A stretch of DNA of 64,000 nucleotides from a virus (taxonomy: Duplodnaviria > Caudoviricetes), in IMG/VR virus record IMGVR_UViG_3300027805_000006, one strand, 5' to 3'. The notes under the pieces are model-generated. The model worked only from the letters and a program-made list of their open reading frames with translations. It was not told where the DNA came from and did no database searches. Each line of letters starts with the position of its first letter. Positions within the stretch are counted from its first letter, which is position 1. The position numbers and the translations under genes were made by a program. Below, one piece after another: positions 1 to 9,521 of the stretch.

Positions 1-603
1 ACTGATGCAGTTGCTCTAGGCGAGACAATGACCATCTCTGGTTCTGGTGCAATCACAACAGCCGTTGGAACAGCCAATGATATGACAGTAAGCGTTGCTA
101 CAGCAACAACATCTACACTAGGTGTTGCAAGCTTCAGCAGCGACTTCTTCTCAGTATCAGGTGGTGCAGTCAGCCTAGCCGCAACGCTAGATGACCTAAC
201 CAATGTTTCACTAGCCGATGCTGCTACGACAGATGACATTCTAACCAAGACAGCAAGTGACTGGCAGCCAGTATCACGTGCAGCACTGGTCGGTTCTACA
301 TCAATCGATGCACATAATGATGTCACAATCACATCAGCAACTGGTGGTCAGGCTCTGATTTACAATGGCTCACAGTGGGTAAATCGCAAGATCTATCACA
401 CAGAGACATTTGCTTCAGCATCAACTTGGGTTGTTACACACAGCCTAGGTCAGAAGTTCTGCAACGTCACTGTAGCAGACAGTGCTGATGAAGTTGTAAT
501 TCCACAGTCTATCACTTTCAATAGCACTACACAGCTAACCGTCACCTTCAACACAGCAATCGCTGGTCAGGTAATGGTAACTGGCGTAGCCGCTGGTGCA
601 TAA
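1..603 (+). CDS. tail fibre/collar-like virion protein, 5' partial
   Basis: Frame is open from base 1; Thr/Ala/Ser/Gly-rich, with a C-terminal 'STWVVTHSLG' beta domain shared with downstream genes. Confidence 0.6.
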   Translation, partial: TDAVALGETMTISGSGAITTAVGTANDMTVSVATATTSTLGVASFSSDFFSVSGGAVSLAATLDDLTNVSLADAATTDDILTKTASDWQPVSRAALVGSTSIDAHNDVTITSATGGQALIYNGSQWVNRKIYHTETFASASTWVVTHSLGQKFCNVTVADSADEVVIPQSITFNSTTQLTVTFNTAIAGQVMVTGVAAGA

Positions 604-627
604 ATCTTAGAACTTAAATTCTAAGTC

Positions 628-657
628 AAAAGGGTGGCATTTGCCACCCTTTTTTTA
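628..657 (+). terminator. intrinsic terminator
   Basis: AGGGTGGC-ATTT-GCCACCCT stem followed by a T-run, directly after the 603 stop. Confidence 0.85.
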
Positions 658-666
658 TTTCTTCAA

Positions 667-672
667 TAAATA
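667..672 (+). promoter_or_regulatory. T4-type late promoter core TAAATA
   Basis: ATAAATA 33 nt upstream of ATG 705; the same hexamer recurs upstream of other late-type genes. Confidence 0.55.
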
Positions 673-704
673 TTATGTACTCCTCTACTTAAGGAAGTTC
701 TGCT

Positions 705-1307
705 ATGAAATTCTATGGACATGCAAATCTTCAGACAAATGAACTGCAAAATGCTGTTCTATCAACTCTGACAACATTCCCAATTGACCCAAAAGTTGGT
801 CAAGTTGCATTCGTAAACAGTATTGTTTACATCTGCACCGCAGTTGACCCTCTGCCTGCAATTTGGGTTCCCCTAACAAGAGAAATTTCTTCTTATACAC
901 ATACTCAAGAATCAGCAGCAACTACTTGGAACATCACACATAGTCTCAACACTACAAGTGTTAACATTCAAGTTTATGACAACACAAATAAGGTTGTCAT
1001 TCCAGATTCTATCGAAACAACTGGTCCAAATACAGCAACAGTTACTGTAGGCACTTTGATGACAGGACGTGCAGTTGTAGTTACAGGACATATCGATGGT
1101 CTTCAGCGTCCTACATATGCTTATACGCACTACCAAAATTCTTCATCAACAACTTGGACAATTACACATAACCTTGGCTATAATCCAATCGTTCGTGTAT
1201 TCATTGGCACAAGTGAAGTTCAGCCAGCATCAATCTCTCATCCAAACACAAATACAACAGTTATTACTTTCACAACAGCCCAAGTTGGCTATGCACAACT
1301 TATCTAA
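705..1307 (+). CDS. virion structural protein with two YTHxQ..TWxIxHxL domains
   Basis: ORF track; internal repeats YTHTQESAATTWNITHSL and YTHYQNSSSTTWTITHNL. Confidence 0.6.
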   Translation: MKFYGHANLQTNELQNAVLSTLTTFPIDPKVGQVAFVNSIVYICTAVDPLPAIWVPLTREISSYTHTQESAATTWNITHSLNTTSVNIQVYDNTNKVVIPDSIETTGPNTATVTVGTLMTGRAVVVTGHIDGLQRPTYAYTHYQNSSSTTWTITHNLGYNPIVRVFIGTSEVQPASISHPNTNTTVITFTTAQVGYAQLI

Positions 1308-1319
1308 GAGGAGTCAAAA

Positions 1320-1547
1320 ATGCCTCTGACTAGAAGAGTCGCTACAAGTTACACGCATACGCAAGATTCTGCCGCCAGCACCTGGACAATTGTTCATGGT
1401 GTTGGAGGTTATCCAATTGTTGATGCATATACGACAAAGGACGGGGAACTTCTAAAGATTATTCCATCTGCAGTTACATATGTAGATGCAAATACCTGTA
1501 CCTTGACCTTTACTGTTCCATTTTCAGGCTTTGCTACGGTGACGTAA
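1320..1547 (+). CDS. small virion protein, single YTHxQ..TWxIxH domain
   Basis: YTHTQDSAASTWTIVHGVG; GAGGAG RBS upstream. Confidence 0.6.
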   Translation: MPLTRRVATSYTHTQDSAASTWTIVHGVGGYPIVDAYTTKDGELLKIIPSAVTYVDANTCTLTFTVPFSGFATVT

Positions 1548-1760
1548 ATGAAAACTTTGTCTTACATTCAAACCACTCCTGCAACCACCTGGACAATCAC
1601 CCATAACTTTGGGATGAAGCCGGCGTGGGACCTGCTACTTGATACTAATGGTTCTCGCACTAAGGGGTACCCCCAAAAAGCAGAACACGTTGATGATAAT
1701 ACGCTTAGATTGACTTTTACAACTAACAAAACTGGAGCAGTAAGATTGATTGGTGTGTAA
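1548..1760 (+). CDS. small virion protein, same domain family
   Basis: YIQTTPATTWTITHNFG; abuts the previous stop codon. Confidence 0.55.
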   Translation: MKTLSYIQTTPATTWTITHNFGMKPAWDLLLDTNGSRTKGYPQKAEHVDDNTLRLTFTTNKTGAVRLIGV

Positions 1761-1789
1761 AAGTTATATGAATAACAAGGAATACCCAT

Positions 1790-2254
1790 ATGAATTTTCT
1801 AACACTAAAAATATACGCCATTATTGCGGCTATAGTTCTTTCTGCTCTAGGAGGTTGGGCATATTCAAAGCATTTGCAAATTGAAAAATTAAAAGACCAA
1901 GTTGTAGAAGAAAAAAATCTAAAGGATGCTGCAATTAATCAGCGAAATGAGGCTGCTGGACAACGCGATAAAGTTATTGAACTAAACAAGTTGAGTGAGA
2001 GAACTATCGCGTTGATGCTGCAGGAAAAGGAAGATATTGAGAGAGCCTTATCATTGCTTGAAGATGATAAGAAGAAAAATCAACAAACAATTTCTTCACT
2101 TAGTGCCAAGATAAGAAATCAATCAAACAATCCTGCAAACAAAGTTGAATTGAGCCCAGTGCTTAAAATGACTGTAGATGAAATTCAGAAGCAACGGCTT
2201 ATACGCTCAGGCGTAATGCCTGCTGCTTCCGCACCAGCAGGAGGTAAAAAATGA
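1790..2254 (+). CDS. i-spanin (Rz-like)
   Basis: N-terminal TM helix followed by a coiled-coil; ATGA overlap with the lipoprotein gene. Confidence 0.7.
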   Translation: MNFLTLKIYAIIAAIVLSALGGWAYSKHLQIEKLKDQVVEEKNLKDAAINQRNEAAGQRDKVIELNKLSERTIALMLQEKEDIERALSLLEDDKKKNQQTISSLSAKIRNQSNNPANKVELSPVLKMTVDEIQKQRLIRSGVMPAASAPAGGKK

Positions 2255-2610
2255 AGAACATACTTATTGCATTTTTACTTATATTTTTAGGTGGCTGTGC
2301 CACTACAAAACCGGGAGATGGTTTTGTTCAGAAAGAGATAGTAGTTGAAACACAGTATGTTGTTAGAAAGGCATCTTTAGCCCAAAAGAAAATTCCTGAC
2401 TATCCTGCACCAATAAATGTTGCTGCTGCAACTCAACTTGACCTAGCAGACTGGATTGCACGGTCTGAAGAGAGAATGCTGAACCTAGAGTCAATTATTA
2501 AGAGGCTGATTGAGTTTTATGAGAAGCCAATAACAGATGAAGAGAAGAAAGATGCTGCATCTAAGAAGACAGTCAGCACAACGACCACTCCTATTCCATC
2601 TGGTAAATGA
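2251..2610 (+). CDS. o-spanin (Rz1-like lipoprotein)
   Basis: Signal peptide with lipobox FLGG|C; Pro-rich segment. Confidence 0.7.
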   Translation: MKNILIAFLLIFLGGCATTKPGDGFVQKEIVVETQYVVRKASLAQKKIPDYPAPINVAAATQLDLADWIARSEERMLNLESIIKRLIEFYEKPITDEEKKDAASKKTVSTTTTPIPSGK

Positions 2611-2620
2611 GGTATGTTGA

Positions 2621-4267
2621 ATGACATGTTCATGCGCGCAACCAAAGATTTTAGAGGCAAATAGTACTGAGAATTCTGCACTTGGCAAAGAAAATCAAGG
2701 CATGCTGCCTGGTGAAAATATTGACTGCTACATGAAGAGGGCAGAGAGCCCTACAGGCTTAAAGGATGATGCTACAGAGTGGCAGAAAAACAAGATTAAA
2801 AATACTGGCATTCCAGTGAATGCCGATGGAAGCATAAACGTTACCTTCACTCTTACTCCCGACAGTGACCGAACACCAACAAATTGGGTGTATACAGGAC
2901 TACCGTCATGGCTGACTGCTGGTGGTACAAACAACGCAACTATTTCAGGAACGTGTCCACCTGCTGAGCGTGGAAAAGTAATTCAGATATTGGTTAAGGC
3001 AGTCGATGGTACAGGCGATATTGATAGTATCTCATATAAAGTTGCACCTGATGAAGCGAACAATGACAACTCCATTCAACTCATTAATCCTCTTCCGGGT
3101 GGTACGGTAACCTCTCCATTTTCGCATGCACGTGTTGGACCGGTTGATGGTGTTGTAAGACCACATAAGGGAATTGACCTCTCAACTCCCGGTCCTCGTC
3201 ACCTGGTGACTGATATTGTTGCTGCAGCGGATGGGGTAGTAGTTGGTATTTCAACAGCAGGTCCTGGTGGTAATGGTGTAACTATAAATCATTTTACTGC
3301 TTCAGGAAAGTTGCTGTGTCAAACCTTTTACTGTCACCTTCAAAAGATTTATGTTGAGAAAAATCAGAGGGTTGCGGCAAGTCAAAAGATAGGTTTAGAA
3401 GGATCTACCGGTCGCTCGACAGGAAATCACCTCCACTTTGAGTGTAGGCTGCTGAATGAAAACGGTTCTATAAAGACATGGATTGACCCTCTACCGCTAA
3501 TAAGGGGTCAGACAAATGTTGCTGGAAAAACAAACCCAGACAACACACCAGTTGAAGGAACAGTTCAGCCTCAAACTTCTGATGCACGTCTAACTACCTC
3601 TAATGCTGACTCAAGAGGTGGGTGCCCACCATTTGGTCCCAACTATCCTTCAGGAAGTGGGTCAGTTGCTCCTGCTCCCGCGCCTGGTACTCCTCCAGTA
3701 CCACCTCCTTCGGCTGGTCCATTTGAGCAGGCTTGGTTTTTTACCTTGAAGCATGAAGTGGGTCCTCACTGGATGTCAACACCACAAAATAGCCCAGGCG
3801 ACCCTGAAGTAGATGCCGGCGCAAAGGATACAAAGCAGCAAAAATTTAAAGTTGGATATGTTAAACTGCAAGGTGACACCGGCGGTCTAACAAAATTCGG
3901 TGTGGCACAGAATCCAAACCCAAGAGTAGATGTTGAAAATTTAGATTATGCGGGGGCAAAACAATTTGGCTACAATGTGTTTTGGCTGGGTGGGGCGGCG
4001 GCGCTATTTGAGTCGTCAAAGCCAAAACTTGCAGTGATGCTGTTCGACATGAGTTACCTGCATGGACCCGTAAGTGTTAAGAAATACATCCTTGAGCCAG
4101 CAAATATTGGTTCTCTAAGTGATGCAGATGCGTGTAAGGCGCTGCATGATGCGCAAAAACAATATCTAGAAAAAATTATAGCAAGAAGACCAACAAACGA
4201 AAGATTTAGAAATGGCTGGTTTAAGCGAAGCAAGGAACTTTTAGACTATGCCCTTTCACTTCCATAA
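2621..4267 (+). CDS. multidomain peptidoglycan hydrolase: Ig-like + M23 peptidase + GH108-like lysozyme
   Basis: M23 motifs HKGIDL and HLHFE; GH108-like GY..GDTGGLTKFG; C-terminal FRNGWFKR; Pro-rich linker. Confidence 0.75.
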   Translation: MTCSCAQPKILEANSTENSALGKENQGMLPGENIDCYMKRAESPTGLKDDATEWQKNKIKNTGIPVNADGSINVTFTLTPDSDRTPTNWVYTGLPSWLTAGGTNNATISGTCPPAERGKVIQILVKAVDGTGDIDSISYKVAPDEANNDNSIQLINPLPGGTVTSPFSHARVGPVDGVVRPHKGIDLSTPGPRHLVTDIVAAADGVVVGISTAGPGGNGVTINHFTASGKLLCQTFYCHLQKIYVEKNQRVAASQKIGLEGSTGRSTGNHLHFECRLLNENGSIKTWIDPLPLIRGQTNVAGKTNPDNTPVEGTVQPQTSDARLTTSNADSRGGCPPFGPNYPSGSGSVAPAPAPGTPPVPPPSAGPFEQAWFFTLKHEVGPHWMSTPQNSPGDPEVDAGAKDTKQQKFKVGYVKLQGDTGGLTKFGVAQNPNPRVDVENLDYAGAKQFGYNVFWLGGAAALFESSKPKLAVMLFDMSYLHGPVSVKKYILEPANIGSLSDADACKALHDAQKQYLEKIIARRPTNERFRNGWFKRSKELLDYALSLP

Positions 4268-4281
4268 TTTAGGAGATTAAA

Positions 4282-4830
4282 ATGGAAACCTTAACATATG
4301 ATGAAGCACGTCTTCAAATTAAAAACGGTGACATTATAAACATGTATAAGCACCGCGACACAATTAACTACGTGTTTCACGCCTTCGTGGAGTTTTTTAC
4401 TGGTTCTCCCATCTATCACACTGCTGTTGCAGTGTGGATGAAGTCACCTAACGGTGCAGAGCGTCTGATGGTTGTTGAAACAAATCTGCTAGGTGGCAAG
4501 AGAATCGTACCTCTCAGCATCTTCGTTAATGGCAAGCATAAACTAGAGGTCATTCACCTCCCTGAAGAGTATAAATTCTCTGATATGGAAGAAAAAATGA
4601 TGGAACGTGTAGGCACACAGAAGTACAGCCCAATTGATCTCCTAACAATTGGTATTAGAGAGTTCTTTGGTCTTCCAAAGAAAGATTTAAATGGCGATGT
4701 TTGCAGCGAGCTTGTTGCAAAGATGTGGGCTTTTGCGGGTGTTCCTATCAAAGATACTCACATAAGTCCTGGAAAGCTACGCTCTGTGCTATTAAATATG
4801 GGTATTAAATCAGGATTTTATTTTAAGTAA
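4282..4830 (+). CDS. permuted papain-like NlpC/P60 (YiiX/YebB-like) protein
   Basis: GDII..., HTAV (His) precedes CSELVA (Cys). Confidence 0.65.
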   Translation: METLTYDEARLQIKNGDIINMYKHRDTINYVFHAFVEFFTGSPIYHTAVAVWMKSPNGAERLMVVETNLLGGKRIVPLSIFVNGKHKLEVIHLPEEYKFSDMEEKMMERVGTQKYSPIDLLTIGIREFFGLPKKDLNGDVCSELVAKMWAFAGVPIKDTHISPGKLRSVLLNMGIKSGFYFK

Positions 4831-5129
4831 TGTCTGGCAACGTTGTACGAATTGGTGATAAGGTATCTTGTGGCGACAACTCGGCCTCAGGGTCAGGTAA
4901 TGTGTTTGCCAATGGGATGCCTATTACCCATAATGCGCTAAAGAAAACAACTGGTCATGGATGCTTCCATCCAACAGTTTTTATTGGACCTTGGACACGT
5001 ACAGTTTTTGTGAATAATGAGCCAGTTGCACTAAAGGGCAAGACGCGTATTCAACCACATAAGTGTAGAAAATCAGTACATGATGGCATTGCTTCAACAG
5101 GTGCTCCAACAGTTTATTTTGAAGAGTAA
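4830..5129 (+). CDS. PAAR-type baseplate spike tip (T4 gp5.4-like)
   Basis: RIGD..CGD, GSGNVFANG, GHGCFHP, TVFVN, TGAPTVY repeats. Confidence 0.8.
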   Translation: MSGNVVRIGDKVSCGDNSASGSGNVFANGMPITHNALKKTTGHGCFHPTVFIGPWTRTVFVNNEPVALKGKTRIQPHKCRKSVHDGIASTGAPTVYFEE

Positions 5130-5135
5130 GTGCGT

Positions 5136-5672
5136 ATGAAAACACGGGAACTATTTGAGGTAAAAGAAAAAGTAGAGTGGGTCGCTGATGAAGATGCTGC
5201 TTTTCATTTACTTCTAAAGCGCTTAAGTTTAAGATATCGAAAGAAGCCATTTATGTACAAGGATAGATGGTCATTTGGCGGAGAAATTTTTGATACTGAA
5301 AAACAAGAAATCACGCTGCCTCTAGAAAAGAGACTTGTAGGCGCTCAGAAGGCAGTAGCAAAGCATCTCTTTGACCTGCACAAATCTGGAAGAGAGGTTG
5401 TAGTTTATCAACCTGCGCGTTATGACTACATGCGTGGAAAGGCAGGTGTTTGGGCACTGTCACCATCTGAATTTACAAGCCGCTTAATTTATGCTGATGA
5501 CACGCTGCCAGCAGTTGAATCACTTGTAAAGGACAGGATGCAGAAGAATACGACAGTAGATGGCAAATATTCAATTGTGTTCCAATACGGTGTGTCAGAC
5601 CCAAAGCCCCTTGAAGATAAAAAAGAGTCAGCGAAGAAAGCGTATCGAGTCGTAAAAGGCCCGGCTAAATAA
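5136..5672 (+). CDS. hypothetical protein (MKTRELFE N-terminus)
   Basis: ORF track; ATG at 5136 preferred over GTG at 5130. Confidence 0.55.
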   Translation: MKTRELFEVKEKVEWVADEDAAFHLLLKRLSLRYRKKPFMYKDRWSFGGEIFDTEKQEITLPLEKRLVGAQKAVAKHLFDLHKSGREVVVYQPARYDYMRGKAGVWALSPSEFTSRLIYADDTLPAVESLVKDRMQKNTTVDGKYSIVFQYGVSDPKPLEDKKESAKKAYRVVKGPAK

Positions 5673-5680
5673 AGAGCATA

Positions 5681-6538
5681 ATGACATATGTGCCACCATT
5701 CAAACCTGGTACAGAGGCTCAGTTAAGGTCAGTCTCTGCGCGCCGAGGCCGCCTTTTTTCTGGAGGGACGTACTTTAGATCAAAAGATATTGGTCAAGCA
5801 GCAAATAAAATTTCAGTACAAGTGGTAGAATTTTCAGGATCAGATGCAGTCTTCGTGGTACAGAATAACAACTTAATTTCTTCCGAAATAATTTCTGGTC
5901 CAGTACAAATAAATGTTCTATCTCTATCTCTCGACTACAATGAGACAATTGAGGTAACATCTCTCTCCTCACCCCTCGCAGCGGCGGCGAAATATAGCAT
6001 TAGCGCACAAATAGCGCCGCCACCCCCAACAGTCACCCCACTTGGAAATTTCAAACTTTCTAACTTTTTCAATATACCCAGTCACTTTTCAGGAATTATC
6101 ACCCCGGGCTCATCAGTTTTCACACCAACTGATAAGATAGTCATCACTCCGCGCACTCGGGTGTATCGTTTGGAGCCACTTTCTGCGACCGACCCGGAGA
6201 CTGGTAGCGCAGTGAATGGTTGGGATATATCTAACCTGCGAGCACAGGTAAATGCAAATGACCCATGGATTGAGATGCCTGAGAGAGGGACAGACGCGCA
6301 AGATCTGCCACCTGCGGCTGATAGTATGGTCTTATCTGCATTTGTAAAAACTAACCTATCTGGCGGTGATGGCCCGCCAGCCACCCCAAGCAACGAAAAC
6401 ACAGGTCCAACAAAAGCACTTATATTTGTTGCTTATGCTGAAGGACCAGATGGTGCAATGAGAGATATTGCAGAAGTTCGTGAATGGGTAGGAGAAAGTG
6501 CCTCTTCAGGAGAGTGGAGATCCTATCAAGCAGCGTAA
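5681..6538 (+). CDS. hypothetical, probably virion protein
   Basis: 285-aa ORF; TAAATA at 5666-5671 just upstream. Confidence 0.55.
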   Translation: MTYVPPFKPGTEAQLRSVSARRGRLFSGGTYFRSKDIGQAANKISVQVVEFSGSDAVFVVQNNNLISSEIISGPVQINVLSLSLDYNETIEVTSLSSPLAAAAKYSISAQIAPPPPTVTPLGNFKLSNFFNIPSHFSGIITPGSSVFTPTDKIVITPRTRVYRLEPLSATDPETGSAVNGWDISNLRAQVNANDPWIEMPERGTDAQDLPPAADSMVLSAFVKTNLSGGDGPPATPSNENTGPTKALIFVAYAEGPDGAMRDIAEVREWVGESASSGEWRSYQAA

Positions 6539-6541
6539 GGA

Positions 6542-7180
6542 TTAGTTAATAAACCAATCTGTATAGGATCCTGGGAAATTCTCGGGATTATACAACCAAG
6601 GACTATCATCACTAGTATGAAGTTTAATGGTAATTTTAATCTGCTCTAAACTACCAACAAGAATAGGCGAGCAAGCAGTAATAAAGTGAGGACCGCCCGG
6701 AAAAAATACGATTGTTCCGCGCGTTGGTACAAGACTGAAGTTGTATGCTGGGAATTCTAATTTTCCGCCATATACTTCAAACCTTGGGTCAAGTGGTACT
6801 CCACTGTTAAAGTCTTTTAGCCATAGATAACCAACAAGGTCTGTGTCTTTTGTCTTTATCCATTTCTTTCTAAGAAACTTTGAGTTATCACACCCATGTG
6901 TTTCACAAGGTACCTCTGGATTTTCAAAATACTGCTGAAAAAGCGGTGTTTCAAAGTTTTTAATTCCGCCATTATAACGCTCTTCCATTTCAGACACATT
7001 AGGCTGAACGGCTTCTTGCAGATAATTTACTAATTCAGCGTCAATTACAAAGCGCTCATGCTTTAATGGCTTCCCCTTCTCGTTTAAGGAGGGAGTACTA
7101 ATACCTAATTGGCTAATAATTAAGTCACACTTAGCAGGTGAGACTGCGTCTTCTATTACGAAGAAAGGACTTCTAATCAT
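6542..7180 (-). CDS. 2OG-Fe(II) oxygenase-like protein
   Basis: GGKLEFP, PTRGTIVFFP..H pattern; THGCD as first metal motif. Confidence 0.6.
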   Translation of the reverse strand: MIRSPFFVIEDAVSPAKCDLIISQLGISTPSLNEKGKPLKHERFVIDAELVNYLQEAVQPNVSEMEERYNGGIKNFETPLFQQYFENPEVPCETHGCDNSKFLRKKWIKTKDTDLVGYLWLKDFNSGVPLDPRFEVYGGKLEFPAYNFSLVPTRGTIVFFPGGPHFITACSPILVGSLEQIKITIKLHTSDDSPWLYNPENFPGSYTDWFIN

Positions 7181-7189
7181 ATGATATGG

Positions 7190-7738
7190 TTATAAAAAAT
7201 ACTGATGCAGTTCTGGTCCAGCCACTAGATAGGTTTCTCCAAATTTAGACTTTTGAACCTTAGCAGTTGCACCAGCAACTTTGCCAGTTGATGTTGAAAG
7301 CATAAAACGGTGTGTATCTTCCCAGAGTGAAATGGTACTTTCAGTAAGGGCAAATGTAATTTTATCGCCTCTCTGAATTTCCTTCACATACAAAACTGTG
7401 TGCTTGCCCCTGCGCACAACAACCTTATCGCCGTCAATTGCACATACACCCAGACTTTCCAACTTAGCAGGCTCTTCTTCATCCATTCCTGCCAGTTCGT
7501 CTTCAGGTGCTACAGTTTCTTCTGGTGCAGTACCAGCCATTTCATCAGCATCACCTTCTCCAGTTGTTGTCTCATCAGTAGTCTCTTCTTCACTGGTATC
7601 CAGCATGCCAATTGCAATGTGTAGAAGATTTTCTGGTTTTGCTTCTACAACTTCAACGTCGTGACCAGCACCTTTTAGTGCTTCTTCGCCGGCAGAAGCA
7701 TCTACTCCAGGAGGTGCAAAAATTACGATCTGTGCCAT
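7190..7738 (-). CDS. hypothetical acidic protein
   Basis: ORF track; Glu-rich linker. Confidence 0.55.
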   Translation of the reverse strand: MAQIVIFAPPGVDASAGEEALKGAGHDVEVVEAKPENLLHIAIGMLDTSEEETTDETTTGEGDADEMAGTAPEETVAPEDELAGMDEEEPAKLESLGVCAIDGDKVVVRRGKHTVLYVKEIQRGDKITFALTESTISLWEDTHRFMLSTSTGKVAGATAKVQKSKFGETYLVAGPELHQYFL

Positions 7739-7743
7739 TTCAT

Positions 7744-8172
7744 TTACTCCAAGCCAGCCAGAATCCTAAAGCGCTTTGCCACCGAAGCCGCCTCAGCCTT
7801 CTTTTCTTCTGCCTTTGTTTCTACCACAGTTATGGGTGAAGAGCACTCAGCCTCACAGGCAATCTTGCACTTATCAATACCAATTCGCTTGACAACGCGG
7901 TAGGTCTTGGAGGTGTTGCCTTCAAGAATACCGACGCTGAATACAACGTCAAATGAAACAACATCGCACGCTGGGTCAAATGCACCTGATGAAGAAATAG
8001 ATTCAGCATAAACTGAAACACAGGCAGGGTCGTGCTGATGATGTGGAGAGCCAATCACAACTGAATCTACAGCATCTGACGCATAGGAAGACTGGGTTCC
8101 AATTGTGGGAACAGAAATAACTGGTAGATTCATTTCATTGATTTGTTCTGACATAGCAAACTCCATTATCAT
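7744..8172 (-). CDS. hypothetical protein
   Basis: ORF track; TAAATA (RC at 8180-8185) upstream; start uncertain. Confidence 0.5.
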   Translation of the reverse strand: MIMEFAMSEQINEMNLPVISVPTIGTQSSYASDAVDSVVIGSPHHQHDPACVSVYAESISSSGAFDPACDVVSFDVVFSVGILEGNTSKTYRVVKRIGIDKCKIACEAECSSPITVVETKAEEKKAEAASVAKRFRILAGLE

Positions 8173-8849
8173 TCAAGTCTATTTATCGCGGTCTGCCAGA
8201 ATAAAGCCGCTCTTTCTTTCAATTCTTGCTTTAATTCTTGATTAAACTCAACTAAAAACTCCATTGGGAAGCCTGTTTCTGCTACCATTAAAATTACACC
8301 GCTGTTTATTTGTGTATCAAACATCTCATTGTGTGCTTCGGCATAGAAGCAAATTTGGAGTTTATAATCGTGAATGTCTGTATTATTTTTAACTCTATTT
8401 GATGTCTTAAAGTCAATAATTGCGGGTCTTCCCTTATACACACCAACAAGGTCACATCGCCCACCGATTTCATATGTTGAGCAGTAAAGGGGAACTTCTT
8501 GACCCCAGACTTCATCAATTTTAGAAAGTTTTAACTTAAGAGAATTGAATGACTGCATATCAGCATATGGCACTGACTTACCGTCAATAGGCTGATTTAC
8601 GTCTTCACCTTTAAGATAGCGCTCTATTAGCAAATGAACATTAGTACCGCGCGTCGTAGCAGCATGACTTACAGCCGCTGCCTTAGCAGCGCCAAGACTT
8701 TCCTGCCACTTCTTCAGTGAAGCCTTCTTTTCTTCAGCCTCAGTCTTTCCTAAAACAGTGGTAATGGAAGGATAATAACCAAAGGGAGTGTCATACCACC
8801 TTTGGTTATTATGAGGAACAGTTGAAAGTTCGGTGTAGTTAAATTTCAC
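8169..8849 (-). CDS. PD-(D/E)XK exonuclease
   Basis: YPSITTVL, RGTNVH, GRCDL..IIDFKTS, LQ..FY. Confidence 0.8.
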   Translation of the reverse strand: MKFNYTELSTVPHNNQRWYDTPFGYYPSITTVLGKTEAEEKKASLKKWQESLGAAKAAAVSHAATTRGTNVHLLIERYLKGEDVNQPIDGKSVPYADMQSFNSLKLKLSKIDEVWGQEVPLYCSTYEIGGRCDLVGVYKGRPAIIDFKTSNRVKNNTDIHDYKLQICFYAEAHNEMFDTQINSGVILMVAETGFPMEFLVEFNQELKQELKERAALFWQTAINRLE

Positions 8850-9517
8850 TTTAGTCGTCTATTCATACGAACGAGACGTCTAGAAGTAGGTTTCCTGCGA
8901 GTGCGTTTAGATTTCAAAATTCTGATAATCTTCTTTTTTCTGGATGCTAATTTGAGTTTCATTCTAGTTCGCGCTTTAGCGCGAGGTTTAAATGCAGCAC
9001 GTGCACTTGACACAACTCTACCTTTTCTAAACCCCGATGTTACTCTAAAACCGCGCTTTATCTTCTTTCCTTGACGTCTAAAAGCACGCTTGATTCCTTC
9101 TTCTAACTCCTCTTCATTGGAAGATTTGATTATATCATCATCTTCATCCTCAGCATCTTCTTCAGAAGGTTGCTCTTCTTCATATGTTTCAATGCCAAGT
9201 TCTTTTAGAGTTTTTTCATCAAGCACTATACCCTGTGGATAAATTTTGTCATTATCTCTAGACAGAACTATACTGTCATCTAAAACTTCTACATACACCG
9301 ACTTGCCAGAATGGTCCTCAATCTCACCACTCTCACCGTCTTCAGCAAGGTCAAACAGATCATTCAGTTGATTAATATCTAACTTTATGATAAATCCTTC
9401 TGCTGATAAGATGACGCCGTGATTTGCTAAGTGCCCAACGTTCCATCCTCCTTTAGGGAGGATAGGCTCATCAGATACCGTCTCCTTAGACGTAAGTTCC
9501 TGTAGAAGTTTCAACAT
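8846..9517 (-). CDS. putative prohead core protein
   Basis: Acidic N-half, LEE|G, then very basic C-tail (KRGFRVTSGFRKGRVV), resembling prohead-core proteins of T4-like phages. Confidence 0.5.
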   Translation of the reverse strand: MLKLLQELTSKETVSDEPILPKGGWNVGHLANHGVILSAEGFIIKLDINQLNDLFDLAEDGESGEIEDHSGKSVYVEVLDDSIVLSRDNDKIYPQGIVLDEKTLKELGIETYEEEQPSEEDAEDEDDDIIKSSNEEELEEGIKRAFRRQGKKIKRGFRVTSGFRKGRVVSSARAAFKPRAKARTRMKLKLASRKKKIIRILKSKRTRRKPTSRRLVRMNRRLK

Positions 9518-9521
9518 TGGA

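Noticed and set aside
8169-8849. Cas4
   Set aside because: Lacks the four-Cys Fe-S arrangement; fits a generic phage PD-(D/E)XK exonuclease.
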